Shown: positions 50,288-62,194, counted from the first letter of the stretch. The stretch: DNA of 64,000 bases from an uncultured Gemmatimonadales bacterium (GCA_963783385.1 CAWANJ010000001.1:224001-288000), one strand, 5' to 3'. Program-made: numbers and translations. Notes: generated from the letters alone by a model not told the origin.

Positions 50288-52810
50288 TCACCGCTCCGGC
50301 GGATTCCCGCGCTCCCGAGCCGAATCCGGGGACGGAACCAGTCGCAGGCGATGCACGGTGAGCGCGCGCAGCGCCTTGCGGTCGAGTGGCATCGGAACGA
50401 GGCGCCCGGACCCGTACCAGCGCTTCGCCATGTTCCGGTAGCGCCGGCCCAACGGGTTTCCCCCCTCTCCCGTGGGGAGCAGGAACCAGCCCTCGACACC
50501 GGCGCTGTCCAGCGTCGCCACGAAGCGCTCGGAGGGCCCGAAGCCGCCGGTGTGGGGAGGACGCCAGGAAGCGCTGTCGAGACCCGACCATCCCCCGGGA
50601 GCGGAGACCCGGATAGTATGGGGGCCGCCGGGAGCCGAGAAGGGCCCCACATCGAACCCGAACAGCCGGTTCAGCCAGCCGACGCGGCCCAGTGGATGGG
50701 CGGACCGCTCGAAGTTGAGCTCGCGCCAGGACCGCAGTTCCGTCGCGGTCAAGGCATCCCTCATGGCGCGACGTTCGAGACCGACGAGCGTCTCGACCGA
50801 GTCCGTGCGCACGTCGTCCACCCAGGGGCTGGTCGGATCCGAGAGGGCCACCCGGAGGAAGGCCGTCATCGGGAAGTAGCCGCGCCCCCCGACGCCGGCG
50901 TATTCGTCCCCCGCCACCAGGGCCCGGGTGCGGTACAGCCAGGCGTAGAACAGGCCCGCGGCCCGGGAGTCGGGTTCGGCGCGACGATCCCAACGGGTCA
51001 GGAGCGTCGCCGCCGTATCCGCCCCGACGGCGCGTGCCGCCCCGACCGCCTGTCCGAGCAGGAAGTCGGCCAGCAGGCTGTGGGTGTCGCGCTGGAGTTC
51101 CTCCATGTCCGCCACGTCCCAGCCATCGGCCGCGGCCAGTCGGTCCGTGATCAGGCGGGCCCGGTACGGATCGTAGTCCCATCCCAGCCGCCCGAACGCC
51201 CCCGCTTCCTGGAGGTTGTTGGCGCTCACCAGGTAGCCGCCGGGCAGCGAGTCCTCCCCTCCGGGCGACCCGAAGGAGGCCGCCGGCAGCGAGTCCGGGG
51301 ACAGGAGACCCGCCCATGTGTCGCCCATCTCCTTCGAGGAGACGGGGAGGCTCCCGCTCCAACCCGGGCGGCGGGGGACCGCGCCGCCCAGCCGATAGCC
51401 CGCCCGGCCGTCAGCCGACAGCCACAAGACGTTCTGGGCGGGGCCGTCGTAGCGCCGTACGGCCCTGTCGAACGCGGCCGCCCCCCCGGCGCGGTCCATG
51501 GCCAGGATCCCCGCGAGCCCGCCGGTCGTGTGCGCCGCCGTCCACACGGCCGACAGGGTCTCGCCCACTCCGGGGAGGGCATCGCTGAGCACGGGACCGC
51601 GCACCGTGCTCCGGACCCTGAGGATCGCGGGAGCCGTGCGGCCCCGGACCCACACGGTCTCCGGCCGGACCGCGAAGTCGCGCCATCCCTCCGCTGTCCG
51701 GTAGGCGGATCCGTCCGGGTTGACCGTCTCCAGCGCGAAATCCATGTCGTCCACCTGGCCGTTGGTGAACCCCCAGGCCACCGCGCGGTCGAAGCCGATC
51801 ACGACGCCGGGGACACCCGGGAGGGACAGGCCGGCGACGTCCAGGCCTCCGCGCTCGGCGTGCAGCCCCACCAGGTACCAGGTCGACGGCGCGCGCAGGG
51901 ACAGGTGGGTGTCGTTGGCCAGCATCGGACGACCGGAGGCCGTACGGGCGGCGCCCAGGACCCACGCGTTCGAAGCCGTGAGCGCGGCCCCGCGAGCCAG
52001 TCCCAGGGGATCGAGCGCTTCGAGGTCCGGCGCGGCGGCGCAGGGACGGTGCCTCGCCGCGGCCGCCGGGCCCGGAGCCTCGACGGGGAGCTGCCGGGCG
52101 CCGGCCGCCGCCGTGTCCGTCCCGCCCGACCCCGGACGCCCTCGCAGCGTCGTCGGGGCCCACTCGGGCCAGTAGGGCTCGAGCAGCGCGGCCCTGTCCG
52201 CCGGGAGCGACCGGACCGCCCGCCACCGGGCCAGTTCCGCCTGCCAGCCCGACAGGTCCAGCGCCATGAGCTTCCCCACGGCCATGGAAGCCCGCGCCGT
52301 CCATGGCTCGACCGGAATCCGGAGGAGGACGAACTCCGGGGGCAGGGAACCGTCCCAGCTCCGGATGCGGGCGTTGACCCCCGCCACGTAGGCGTCGAGG
52401 TCGCGGCGCGTCGCGAGATCGAGCTCGGACAGCGCCCGGTCGGCGTCGTCCCACACCCCCAGGGTCCTCATCAGACGGTCGGTGGGGAGCGCCACCGGTC
52501 CGAACAGCTCCGCCAGCCGGCCACGAGCCGTCCGGCGCAGCAGCTCCATCTGCCAGAGCCGCTGCGACGCGTGCATCCAGCCCTCGGCCCAGAGCGCATC
52601 GTGGTCGGTCGTCGCGTCCACGTGCGGGATCCCGAAGCTGTCGACGCGGACGAGGACGGAATCGGACAGGCCGGCGACCGACACGGTGCCGGATGGGTCG
52701 CGGACGGAGCCTCGCACCCCAAGCCAGGTCGCGGTGACGGCGCCGCCCGCCACGAGCAGCACGAGGACGGAGCCGGTGAGGAGGATCTCGCGGGTGGCGC
52801 GCCGGCTCAC
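50288..52810 (-). CDS. penicillin acylase family (S45) Ntn hydrolase
   Basis: N-terminal TM, DSFGIPHV, RLWQMEL, beta-subunit nucleophile SNAW, LANDTHL and SANN; GTGA overlap with the upstream gene. Confidence 0.93.
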   Translation of the reverse strand: MSRRATREILLTGSVLVLLVAGGAVTATWLGVRGSVRDPSGTVSVAGLSDSVLVRVDSFGIPHVDATTDHDALWAEGWMHASQRLWQMELLRRTARGRLAELFGPVALPTDRLMRTLGVWDDADRALSELDLATRRDLDAYVAGVNARIRSWDGSLPPEFVLLRIPVEPWTARASMAVGKLMALDLSGWQAELARWRAVRSLPADRAALLEPYWPEWAPTTLRGRPGSGGTDTAAAGARQLPVEAPGPAAAARHRPCAAAPDLEALDPLGLARGAALTASNAWVLGAARTASGRPMLANDTHLSLRAPSTWYLVGLHAERGGLDVAGLSLPGVPGVVIGFDRAVAWGFTNGQVDDMDFALETVNPDGSAYRTAEGWRDFAVRPETVWVRGRTAPAILRVRSTVRGPVLSDALPGVGETLSAVWTAAHTTGGLAGILAMDRAGGAAAFDRAVRRYDGPAQNVLWLSADGRAGYRLGGAVPRRPGWSGSLPVSSKEMGDTWAGLLSPDSLPAASFGSPGGEDSLPGGYLVSANNLQEAGAFGRLGWDYDPYRARLITDRLAAADGWDVADMEELQRDTHSLLADFLLGQAVGAARAVGADTAATLLTRWDRRAEPDSRAAGLFYAWLYRTRALVAGDEYAGVGGRGYFPMTAFLRVALSDPTSPWVDDVRTDSVETLVGLERRAMRDALTATELRSWRELNFERSAHPLGRVGWLNRLFGFDVGPFSAPGGPHTIRVSAPGGWSGLDSASWRPPHTGGFGPSERFVATLDSAGVEGWFLLPTGEGGNPLGRRYRNMAKRWYGSGRLVPMPLDRKALRALTVHRLRLVPSPDSARERGNPPER

Positions 52811-53391
52811 CGCTGTCCGCCGCCCGCCGTGGCGCTCGCCGCCGCCCTCAGGGACAGGAACTCGCCGGCGAGACGGAGCAGGAGACGACGGGCGTGCAGC
52901 TCCTCCAGCAGACGCCGCGCGTCGTCGGCCGTGGCCGCACAGGAGGGCACCAGCGCGCCGGGCGTCGCCCGCCCGAGACGGCCCACCAGGGCCCAGGGGC
53001 GGCGCAGTCGACGGTCGGCCTCTCCGAGCAGGCAGGGCGTGCCGTCCGCGCGCTCGCCCGTCACCGCGAGGGAGCGGCGCCGGAGCGCGGACTCGACGGG
53101 GTCGAGGTGGTGCTCTTCCAGGCCGGTGAACAGGTAGAAGCGAAGCGGCGGGCTGGTGCACGACAGCGCGGTGTGGGCGAGCTTGGCTACGATCTCGTCC
53201 GCACAGCTGAAGTCGATGATGGCCACGTTGCGGAAGTCCACCAGCGTCAGCAGGGGGCCGGGTTGGCCGACCAGCCCCTGCTCGATGCCCATCCGGACGG
53301 CCCGGCCGGTGGGCCGGGTGATGAGGTGGCTGTAGAGACAGGCCTCGGAGGTCCTCGGGAGCTCGGCCCCATCGGAGACGCCGTCCCTCAT
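52807..53391 (-). CDS. STAS-like (DUF4325-like) protein with a possible C-terminal winged helix
   Basis: LITRPTGRAVR...VDFRNVAIIDFSCADEIVAKL; C-terminal ARRLLEELHARRLL. Confidence 0.65.
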   Translation of the reverse strand: MRDGVSDGAELPRTSEACLYSHLITRPTGRAVRMGIEQGLVGQPGPLLTLVDFRNVAIIDFSCADEIVAKLAHTALSCTSPPLRFYLFTGLEEHHLDPVESALRRRSLAVTGERADGTPCLLGEADRRLRRPWALVGRLGRATPGALVPSCAATADDARRLLEELHARRLLLRLAGEFLSLRAAASATAGGGQR

Positions 53392-54302
53392 GCCGGGACC
53401 GACGCTTCGATGCGCGCCGGCATCACGACGAGGATCTGCGCGCCCGGGAAGGGTACCAGACCCGTCGAGAGCGGCTCGATGTCGTCCCACTCGGGCACGC
53501 GGGCGATCATGGCGTCCCCGCTCCGGATGCGGATTTCGCCGTCCCAGCGGGTCACCTGGCGGCGGATCGCCTGCAGTCCCTGGCCGCGGCCGGGGTCGCG
53601 GAAGCGCGACTCCCCGTTCAGGAAGGCGGCTTCCAGGGCCGTGGCCGAGGACCACCGATCCCCGAACCGACGCGCATGCTCGGCCGCCAGGGAGCCCTCG
53701 AAGCCCTGGCCCACGTCCATGACCGCCAGCACGAGCACGTCACGACCCAGTCTCTCCTTCCAGAAGTACGTCTGGGCGCACACCCAGCCGTCCCCCTCGG
53801 CGTGCTCCAGGATGTTCTGACACACCTCGGAGAGCATCACGCTGAACTGGATCACGGCCGGCTTGGGATAGTGGAGCCGGCGCTCGAGGATCGTGGCCGC
53901 CCGCTCCCTGACCCGCTCCACGACGCGGTGGACGTCATGGTGGGAGCGGATGGGCGTGAGCTCGAGGAGCGCGTCCGATTCGCCGTGCGAGCGAGTGGAC
54001 AGGGACGGCAGGTCGAACACGGCGGCGGCGTTCTGCCAGAAGTCCATGCGCTCCCAGTAGCTCCGGACCTCGGAGGCCTCCGGCTCGGATAGGGAGGGAG
54101 CCAACCCGGTGCGGCCGCGGGCCACGTCGCCCACGGCCAGCAAGCCGACGAGGCCATAGGGCGACGTCCAGCGCACGCGGCGGGCATCGAACAGGATGCG
54201 CTCCGGCTCCCGCTCTCCCGAGGTGTGCTCGGCGAGATCCGCGACCAGGCGCTCGAAGCCTCGCTCGTCCAGCACGGACGGGACTTCGATCACCCGGCTC
54301 AT
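53388..54302 (-). CDS. STAS-like plus GHKL ATPase protein (anti-sigma/Ser-kinase-like)
   Basis: N box EVCQNILEHA, G1 box DVGQG, G2 box GRGQGL; N-terminal LFDARRVRWTSPYGL; no His box. Confidence 0.8.
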   Translation of the reverse strand: MSRVIEVPSVLDERGFERLVADLAEHTSGEREPERILFDARRVRWTSPYGLVGLLAVGDVARGRTGLAPSLSEPEASEVRSYWERMDFWQNAAAVFDLPSLSTRSHGESDALLELTPIRSHHDVHRVVERVRERAATILERRLHYPKPAVIQFSVMLSEVCQNILEHAEGDGWVCAQTYFWKERLGRDVLVLAVMDVGQGFEGSLAAEHARRFGDRWSSATALEAAFLNGESRFRDPGRGQGLQAIRRQVTRWDGEIRIRSGDAMIARVPEWDDIEPLSTGLVPFPGAQILVVMPARIEASVPA

Positions 54303-54309
54303 TGCCGCC

Positions 54310-55287
54310 TCATGGCTCGCGTCCGTGCAGGATGCCGCGCGGCTCGCGCAGCCGCTCGGCGAGACGCATCGCGCCCCGCAACTCGGCGTTGCGGCTGGCG
54401 ACGCGGTTCGCGCGGCCGGCCGCCTCCTCGATCGATGCCCCCTCGAGGAGGGAGCAGAAGCACGTCATCCCCCACACGTCTCCACATCCCGTCGGATCGG
54501 GCTCCAGGACCCTGTCGACCGGGACCCTGCCGCTGCGCACGGCTCCGCGGGTCCGGACGCCTCCGGGAGGCCCGCGCCGCGCCTCCTCCGCCGACACCCA
54601 GGCGGAGCCGCGCTCCCCGAGCGTCACGAACAGGGCGCGTGCGCCCTCCCCCACCACCTCGGCCGCCAGCCGCCACGGGTCTCCGCCCCAGTCGGCCGCG
54701 AGCAGCTTCAGCTCGTCCTCGTTGGCCTGTACGTAGTCGAAACACCGGAGCCAGTCGCGCCAGCGCTCGGGCACGCGCGGGATACGGGTCCCGTCCGGTC
54801 CGACCCCCAGCGTCAGGGAGTGGATGTCGCCGTACAGCGGCCCTTCGAAGGTCTCCCGGAGCCGGCGCGCGCACCGCAGGTCGAGCTCCCAGCCCGCGAT
54901 GAAGTTAACGTACAGGGCGTCACACGAGCGGGCGAGGGGCTCGAGCTCCGGCCAGCTCCAGCCCGGCACGCCTCCACGGAGCCTCTCGGTGCGTCGGCTC
55001 CCATCCCGGTAGCGCAACTCCACCCGGTTGTTGAGCTGCGGCACGGTGCGCACGCCGTCCAGCGAGGGCGCTGTGCCCAGCCCCGACAGCAATCGGCGGG
55101 CGGCAGGCGCCAGGTCCAGGCCGATCTTGAGGATCGGGAACAGGCTCCAGCCGGCGGGCCGTAGCGCCTCGAAGGTGGACAGCGCGTAAGCGATGCCACC
55201 CCACTCCTCGTGCGGCTCGCTCCGGCCGGCGTCGCGGGCGTGGATCGTGTCCCACACCAGCGTGCCGACCACGCCCAGCCGGTTCAC
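54310..55287 (-). CDS. PfkB/ribokinase-family carbohydrate kinase
   Basis: WGGIAY, NEDE, VTLGERG and DPTGCGD. Confidence 0.88.
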   Translation of the reverse strand: MNRLGVVGTLVWDTIHARDAGRSEPHEEWGGIAYALSTFEALRPAGWSLFPILKIGLDLAPAARRLLSGLGTAPSLDGVRTVPQLNNRVELRYRDGSRRTERLRGGVPGWSWPELEPLARSCDALYVNFIAGWELDLRCARRLRETFEGPLYGDIHSLTLGVGPDGTRIPRVPERWRDWLRCFDYVQANEDELKLLAADWGGDPWRLAAEVVGEGARALFVTLGERGSAWVSAEEARRGPPGGVRTRGAVRSGRVPVDRVLEPDPTGCGDVWGMTCFCSLLEGASIEEAAGRANRVASRNAELRGAMRLAERLREPRGILHGREP

Positions 55288-55368
55288 GGGCCCGCGGCCG
55301 AGCCGTCGCGACCGGTCCACCCGGGACGCGTCTCGTCCGACGCGACGAGCGCGCGCCGACCCGGCGGC

Positions 55369-56364
55369 TCAGTCCAGCTCACCGAACCGCTCCACGCGGT
55401 AGGTGGCGGCGGCCCCGATCACGCCCGCCATGTCCCCGAGCTCGCTGGCCACGATCCGGCAGGCGTCCGCGGCCTGGCGGAAGGCCCGGCGCCGCACCTC
55501 GCCCCGGAGCGGCTCGAACAGGTGGTCGCCGGCCCGCGTCACGCCCCCCGAAATCACCACCATGGCCGGGTTGAGGATGTTGATGAGGTTGGCGACTCCC
55601 GTCCCGAGGAAGGCGGCCGTCTCGCGCATGACCTCCTTGGCGTACAGGTCCCCGGCCACGATGGCCTGGTAGACCGTCTCCGCGGTCACCTCCGACAGGT
55701 CGCCCTCGGCCAGCTCCGGGAGCGCGCTGGCCACGCCGCTGCGCAGCCCCTCCACGGCCCGGGCCGCGATCGCGGGTCCCGACGCGTAGGCCTCCAGGCA
55801 GCCGTAGTTGCCGCAGTTGCAGCGCCGACCCGTGGGGTCGATGGTCATGTGGCCGACCTCGCCCGCGACGTCCGAGGCCCCGTGGTAGACCCGACCTCCG
55901 AGCACGATGCCGCCGCCGATCCCGGTGCCCAGGGTGAGAGCCAGGAGCGAGTCCACGTCCTTGCCCGCCCCGAGCCAGTACTCTCCGAGCGCGGCGGCGT
56001 TGGCGTCGTTGTCCAGGACGGCGTCCAGCCCCATCTCATTGGCGATGAGGTCGCGCAGGGGGAAATTGCGCCACCCCAGGTTCGGCGTCTCGATGACGGT
56101 CCCCGAGGCCCGGTCCAGCGGACCGGGCGAGCCGATCCCGATCCCCACGTATCCGGATTCCGGGATCGAGGCCTCCCGCCGCGCGTCGCGCATGGCCTCG
56201 CGAATCATCCCGTTCATGCGGTCGACGACCGACTTGGCGCCGCGCCCGGGCTCCGTCGGCATGGAGCGCATGCCGAGGACCGGCCCGCCGCCGAAGGGCA
56301 CCACACCCACGTTGATAGACGTTCCGCCCAGGTCCACACCCACAATGTAGCGGTCATCCGCCAT
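55369..56364 (-). CDS. ROK-family sugar kinase (glucokinase-like)
   Basis: GVDLGGT, DNDANAAALGE, GTGIGGG and GEVGH...CNCGNYGCLE. Confidence 0.95.
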   Translation of the reverse strand: MADDRYIVGVDLGGTSINVGVVPFGGGPVLGMRSMPTEPGRGAKSVVDRMNGMIREAMRDARREASIPESGYVGIGIGSPGPLDRASGTVIETPNLGWRNFPLRDLIANEMGLDAVLDNDANAAALGEYWLGAGKDVDSLLALTLGTGIGGGIVLGGRVYHGASDVAGEVGHMTIDPTGRRCNCGNYGCLEAYASGPAIAARAVEGLRSGVASALPELAEGDLSEVTAETVYQAIVAGDLYAKEVMRETAAFLGTGVANLINILNPAMVVISGGVTRAGDHLFEPLRGEVRRRAFRQAADACRIVASELGDMAGVIGAAATYRVERFGELD

Positions 56365-57408
56365 CGTCCACAGCCTCCTCCGGGGATCGGACATCCTCCC
56401 TGCGAACCCTCATCAGGGCCTCCTCCACCTCGTCGACTCCCAGGATGCGCAGGCACTCCAGCCGTGCCTCGGGAAGCTCGTATCCCGCTCCCCGCCGAGG
56501 GCAGCGGTTCCGGAGGCAGGGCACGCACGGCAGCGTCCCGCGCACCACCACGGTCGACCGCGGCGACAGGGGTCCGGTCTGGCGCGGGTCGCCCGCGCCG
56601 AACAGTGCGACCAGCGGCGTGCCCAACGCCGCGGCCAGGTGCATGGGTCCCGTGTCGTTGGCCACCACGGCGTCGCAAGCCGCCAGGCCACCGGCCAGCG
56701 CCTCCAGGGTGGTCCGCCCCGACAGGTCGCGCGCTCCTCCGGTGGCCGACGCCACGGTCCGGGCCGCTGCCGCGTCGTCGCGACCGCCGAACACGAGCAC
56801 CCGGTCCCCGGCGCGTGCCCGCCGCGCCGCCAGCTCGGCGAAACGCTCGGCAGGCCAGCGTCGCGACGGGGCGGCGCTCCCCGGGACGAGGCCCAGCGTG
56901 GGCGCGCCGCCGGACGACGGCAGCTCGCGCGAAACGGACCCCCACGCCCGGCGCGTCCCCTCTGTCGTCCGGAGCCACGGCGGCGGCGGCGGCGTCGCCG
57001 TCCAGGTCCGGTCGACCAGGGTCAGGTACTCCCTCACCCGGTGGCCGGCCAGCAGCGGTCCGCGCTCCACCGGGTCGGTGAGCAGCCAGCCGCGGCCGTC
57101 GGTCGCCGTCCCGCGGCGCTCAGCCACCCCGGCCAGCCGGAGAATGAGCGCGGCCGAGAAGGACGGTGTCAGCAGGACGCCCCGATCGGGGGAGCGGGCC
57201 CGCAGCTCGCGCGCCGCACGCACGATCCCGTGGCGGCCGCGCAGGGAAAGGATCTCGGCGTCGAGGCCCGCCATGGCCACCACGGGCGCCAGCCCCTCGA
57301 CCACCTGCACGACCAGGTCCCCGCCGCCCGCGAGCTCGGCGGCCCGACGCAGGGCGGGCAGCGCCAGCACGAGCTCGCCCAGGTGGTTGGGAGCCCGGAC
57401 GACGCGCC

Positions 57409-57412
<4 letters not shown>
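56354..57412 (-). CDS. waaF: glycosyltransferase family 9 (ADP-heptose:LPS heptosyltransferase II-like)
   Basis: [24 protein letters not shown] and CVPC...C; probable CTG start. Confidence 0.85.
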
Positions 57413-59208
<1,796 letters not shown>

Positions 59209-59326
59209 GAGATCGCTCTCCGGGGTCGACTTCCGGGTACCCTCGATCGGATGCCGGACGGCGGGGGCGCACGCTCCGGATTCCGCGACGGCATGGTACT
59301 ACCGGGGAGCCCGGCGCCGGGTCCCC

Positions 59327-59944
59327 TCAGGCGCGCGGAAACCGCAGGATCAATGTGGGACGAGGCCCGTCGCTCGCGACGGCGGCGAGGGCGCCCGCGC
59401 CGGAGGCGGCGCCCTCCCACACCTCCGGATCGGTCGCCGCCACCGGCACCTCGAGGCTGGCCTCCTCGCCGGCGTAGCGTACGGCGGCGCGCACGCTCTC
59501 CTCTCCCTGCCCGGCGGCCCGAGCCGATTGCAGCGCCCGCCCGAGCAGCACGACCGCCGCGCCCCGCCGGAGGCGCACGCCGCGCTCGTCGTCGGGGGCG
59601 TCCACCTCCACCCGGGGCGGCCTCCGGTCCAGCTCCAGGGCCGCCGCCACGTCCCGCACCAGCCCGGCCAGGTCCACGGCCGCGGCTTCCTCCTCCGGCC
59701 CACGGCGCGCGGCCGCGACCAGCAGGTCCACGTCCCGGGCGAGCCTGCGGACGTTGTCGTCCGCGGCGGTGGTGAAACGATCCAGCTCCTCGGCGAGCTC
59801 GGGAGCCTCCCGCCGCAGCCGCGCGCGCACCACCTCGAGGTTGATGGCGACCGCCTGCAGCGAATTCCGAAGCCGATGGGCCATACCGGAGACCAGCCGG
59901 GCGACTTCCTCCACGCGGGCCTCCCGGGCGCGCCCTTCGCTCAC
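59327..59944 (-). CDS. HisKA-domain protein with a degenerate ATPase domain (phosphotransferase-like)
   Basis: H box GMAHRLRNSL, VDLAGLV linker, C-terminal LILRFP; no N or G boxes; GTGA overlap with the upstream gene. Confidence 0.7.
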   Translation of the reverse strand: MSEGRAREARVEEVARLVSGMAHRLRNSLQAVAINLEVVRARLRREAPELAEELDRFTTAADDNVRRLARDVDLLVAAARRGPEEEAAAVDLAGLVRDVAAALELDRRPPRVEVDAPDDERGVRLRRGAAVVLLGRALQSARAAGQGEESVRAAVRYAGEEASLEVPVAATDPEVWEGAASGAGALAAVASDGPRPTLILRFPRA

Positions 59945-60717
59945 AGCTCGATCTCGAGGCCATCGTGGGCCGGCTGCACGCCGGCCGGCAACCGGGCGGA
60001 GAGCCGCGCATGCTCCAGGCGGTGCGTGAGGTGGGTCAGATAGGCGCGCTCCGGGGCGAGGCGCTCGATCACCTCCAGGGCCTCCTCCACGTTGAAGTGG
60101 CTGGGATGAGGATTCCCGAACCAGAGCGCGTTCACGACCAGGACCCGCACGCCGGCCAGCAGGTCGGCGGCGTCCTCCGGCAGCTCCTTGGCGTCCACGA
60201 TCACCGCCAGGTCGCCCAGCCTGAAGCCGTAGCTGCGAAAGGGCCCGTGCGGGAACCCCACCGGCGTCAGGGGGAAGCCCGCCGGCCGCACCGGCTCGCG
60301 GTCCCGGAACGACACCATCTCCAGGTCGGGCACACTGCTGACCGGCGGGCGGTCGACGTCGTCCTCCCAGATGTACGGGAAGCGGCGACGAATCTCGGCG
60401 GCGTGCTCCTCGGCCACGTACACGGGCAGGGGGCGCTCGGAGCGGAGCGTGAAGATGCGCAGGTCGTCGATGCCGTGGATGTGGTCGGCGTGCGGGTGCG
60501 TCAGGTAGACGGCGTCCAGGTGCCGCACCCCGGCCGCGACGAGCTGCAGCCGCAGCTCGGGAGGGGTGTCCACCAGGAGCCGCCGTCCCTCCTCCTCGAT
60601 CAGGAGGCCATGTCGGGTGCGACGGTCGCGCGGATCCGACGAGGTGCACACCTCGCAATCGCACCCCACCACCGGGATGCCGAACGAGGTGCCCGTGCCC
60701 AGGAAGCGGACCTTCAC
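59941..60717 (-). CDS. PhnP-like metallo-beta-lactamase-fold hydrolase
   Basis: LGTGTS, CDCEVC, THPHADHIHG, THLTH and AHDGL. Confidence 0.93.
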   Translation of the reverse strand: MKVRFLGTGTSFGIPVVGCDCEVCTSSDPRDRRTRHGLLIEEEGRRLLVDTPPELRLQLVAAGVRHLDAVYLTHPHADHIHGIDDLRIFTLRSERPLPVYVAEEHAAEIRRRFPYIWEDDVDRPPVSSVPDLEMVSFRDREPVRPAGFPLTPVGFPHGPFRSYGFRLGDLAVIVDAKELPEDAADLLAGVRVLVVNALWFGNPHPSHFNVEEALEVIERLAPERAYLTHLTHRLEHARLSARLPAGVQPAHDGLEIEL

Positions 60718-60736
60718 GGAGCCCTGCCTGTCCGGT

Positions 60737-62194
60737 TCAGAGCTCCTCGATCCGCATCATGTTGGTGGTTCCCGTGACGTGGAAGGGCACGCCGGCCGTG
60801 ACGATGAACCGGTCCCCGGGCCGACCGAAGCCGCCGTCGAGTGCCTCGCTCCGCGCCCGCGAGAGCATGGTCCGGTAGTTGGCCTCGCCCTCGAACAGCA
60901 CCGGATGGACGCCCCAGGCCACGGCGAGCTGCCGGTAGGTGGACGGCTGATCGGTGACGGCCAGGATCGGGACCGGTGGGCGCTGGGCCGACACGACTCG
61001 CGCGGTGAAGCCGCTGCGCGTGAAGGTCACCAGGAAGGGGGCCCCGAGGCGCTGCACCGCCTGCATGGCCGCGGCCGCGATCGCCCCCGAGGTGGTCTGC
61101 TGGACGGCCGCCCGCTCGGTGGCCGGCTGCTCCCGGATGCGGGACGGGAAGGGCGGGCCCTCGCGCTCGATCCTCCGGATGATCCGCTCCATGACGCGCA
61201 CCGCCTCGATCGGATGGTGGCCCACGGCGGTCTCGGCGGACAGCATGACGGCATCGCTCCCGTCCAGCAGGGCCGTGGCCACGTCCGACACCTCGGCGCG
61301 GGTGGGGCGGGAGTTCGTCGTCATGGACTCCAGCATCTGGGTGGCCGTGATGCTGGGCCGGGCCAGCTCCTGGCCCTGCGTGATGATGCGCTTCTGGACG
61401 AGCGGAACCTCCTCGTACGGCAGCTCGACCCCGAGGTCGCCCCGCGCCACCATGACCCCGTCGCTCTGGCGAATGATCTCGTCGAGATTCTGGAGCGCCT
61501 GGTCTTTCTCGATCTTGCTGATGATCAGACCATGGCCACCGATGCGGTCCCGGAGATCCACGACATCCTCGGGACGTCGCACGAAGCTGAGCGCCACGTA
61601 GTCGACGCCCTGGTCGATGGCGAAGGCGAGGTCATCGCGGTCCTTCTCCGTCAGGCTGGGCGCTCCCACGCGCACCCCGGGAAGGTTGATCCCCTTGTGG
61701 GATCCGAGCTCTCCGGGAGTCACGGCCTCCACCTCGACGCAGTCGCCGTCCACCTCGAGGACCCGGACCTCGATCTTGCCATCGTCCAGCAGGATCCGGT
61801 CTCCCGCCGCGACGTCCTCGGCCAGCCCGGCGTAGGTCGTGGGAATCAGGCGATCGCGCGAGGCGCCCTCGGGCAGGGCCTCGGCCCCCTTCTCCTCGGG
61901 CACGAAGTAGCAGCGGTCCCCCTCGGAGATCCGGAGGGGGGACGGCAAGTCGCCGACACGGATCTTGGGTCCCTGCAGGTCGGCGATGATGGCGACCGGA
62001 CGGCCCGTCTCGCGGCCGACCCGTCGGGTGGCCTCGATGATCGCGCGCGCCTCGGCGTGCTCGGCATGCGAGAAGTTGATCCGGATCGCGTCCGCGCCGG
62101 CCTCGATCAGGGCCCGGAAGGTGGATGGCTCGGAGCAGGCCGGGCCCACGGTGCACACGATCTTGGCACGTCGGAACAGCCTCGAAGCCGTCAT
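60737..62194 (-). CDS. pyk: pyruvate kinase
   Basis: KIVCTVGP, RINFSH, DLQGPKIR, MVARGDLG, TQMLESM and MLSAET. Confidence 0.99.
   Translation of the reverse strand: MTASRLFRRAKIVCTVGPACSEPSTFRALIEAGADAIRINFSHAEHAEARAIIEATRRVGRETGRPVAIIADLQGPKIRVGDLPSPLRISEGDRCYFVPEEKGAEALPEGASRDRLIPTTYAGLAEDVAAGDRILLDDGKIEVRVLEVDGDCVEVEAVTPGELGSHKGINLPGVRVGAPSLTEKDRDDLAFAIDQGVDYVALSFVRRPEDVVDLRDRIGGHGLIISKIEKDQALQNLDEIIRQSDGVMVARGDLGVELPYEEVPLVQKRIITQGQELARPSITATQMLESMTTNSRPTRAEVSDVATALLDGSDAVMLSAETAVGHHPIEAVRVMERIIRRIEREGPPFPSRIREQPATERAAVQQTTSGAIAAAAMQAVQRLGAPFLVTFTRSGFTARVVSAQRPPVPILAVTDQPSTYRQLAVAWGVHPVLFEGEANYRTMLSRARSEALDGGFGRPGDRFIVTAGVPFHVTGTTNMMRIEEL

Noticed and set aside
49883-53137. 1084-aa plus-strand ORF
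   Set aside because: Antisense to the acylase; Arg/Pro/Gly-rich and without domains.
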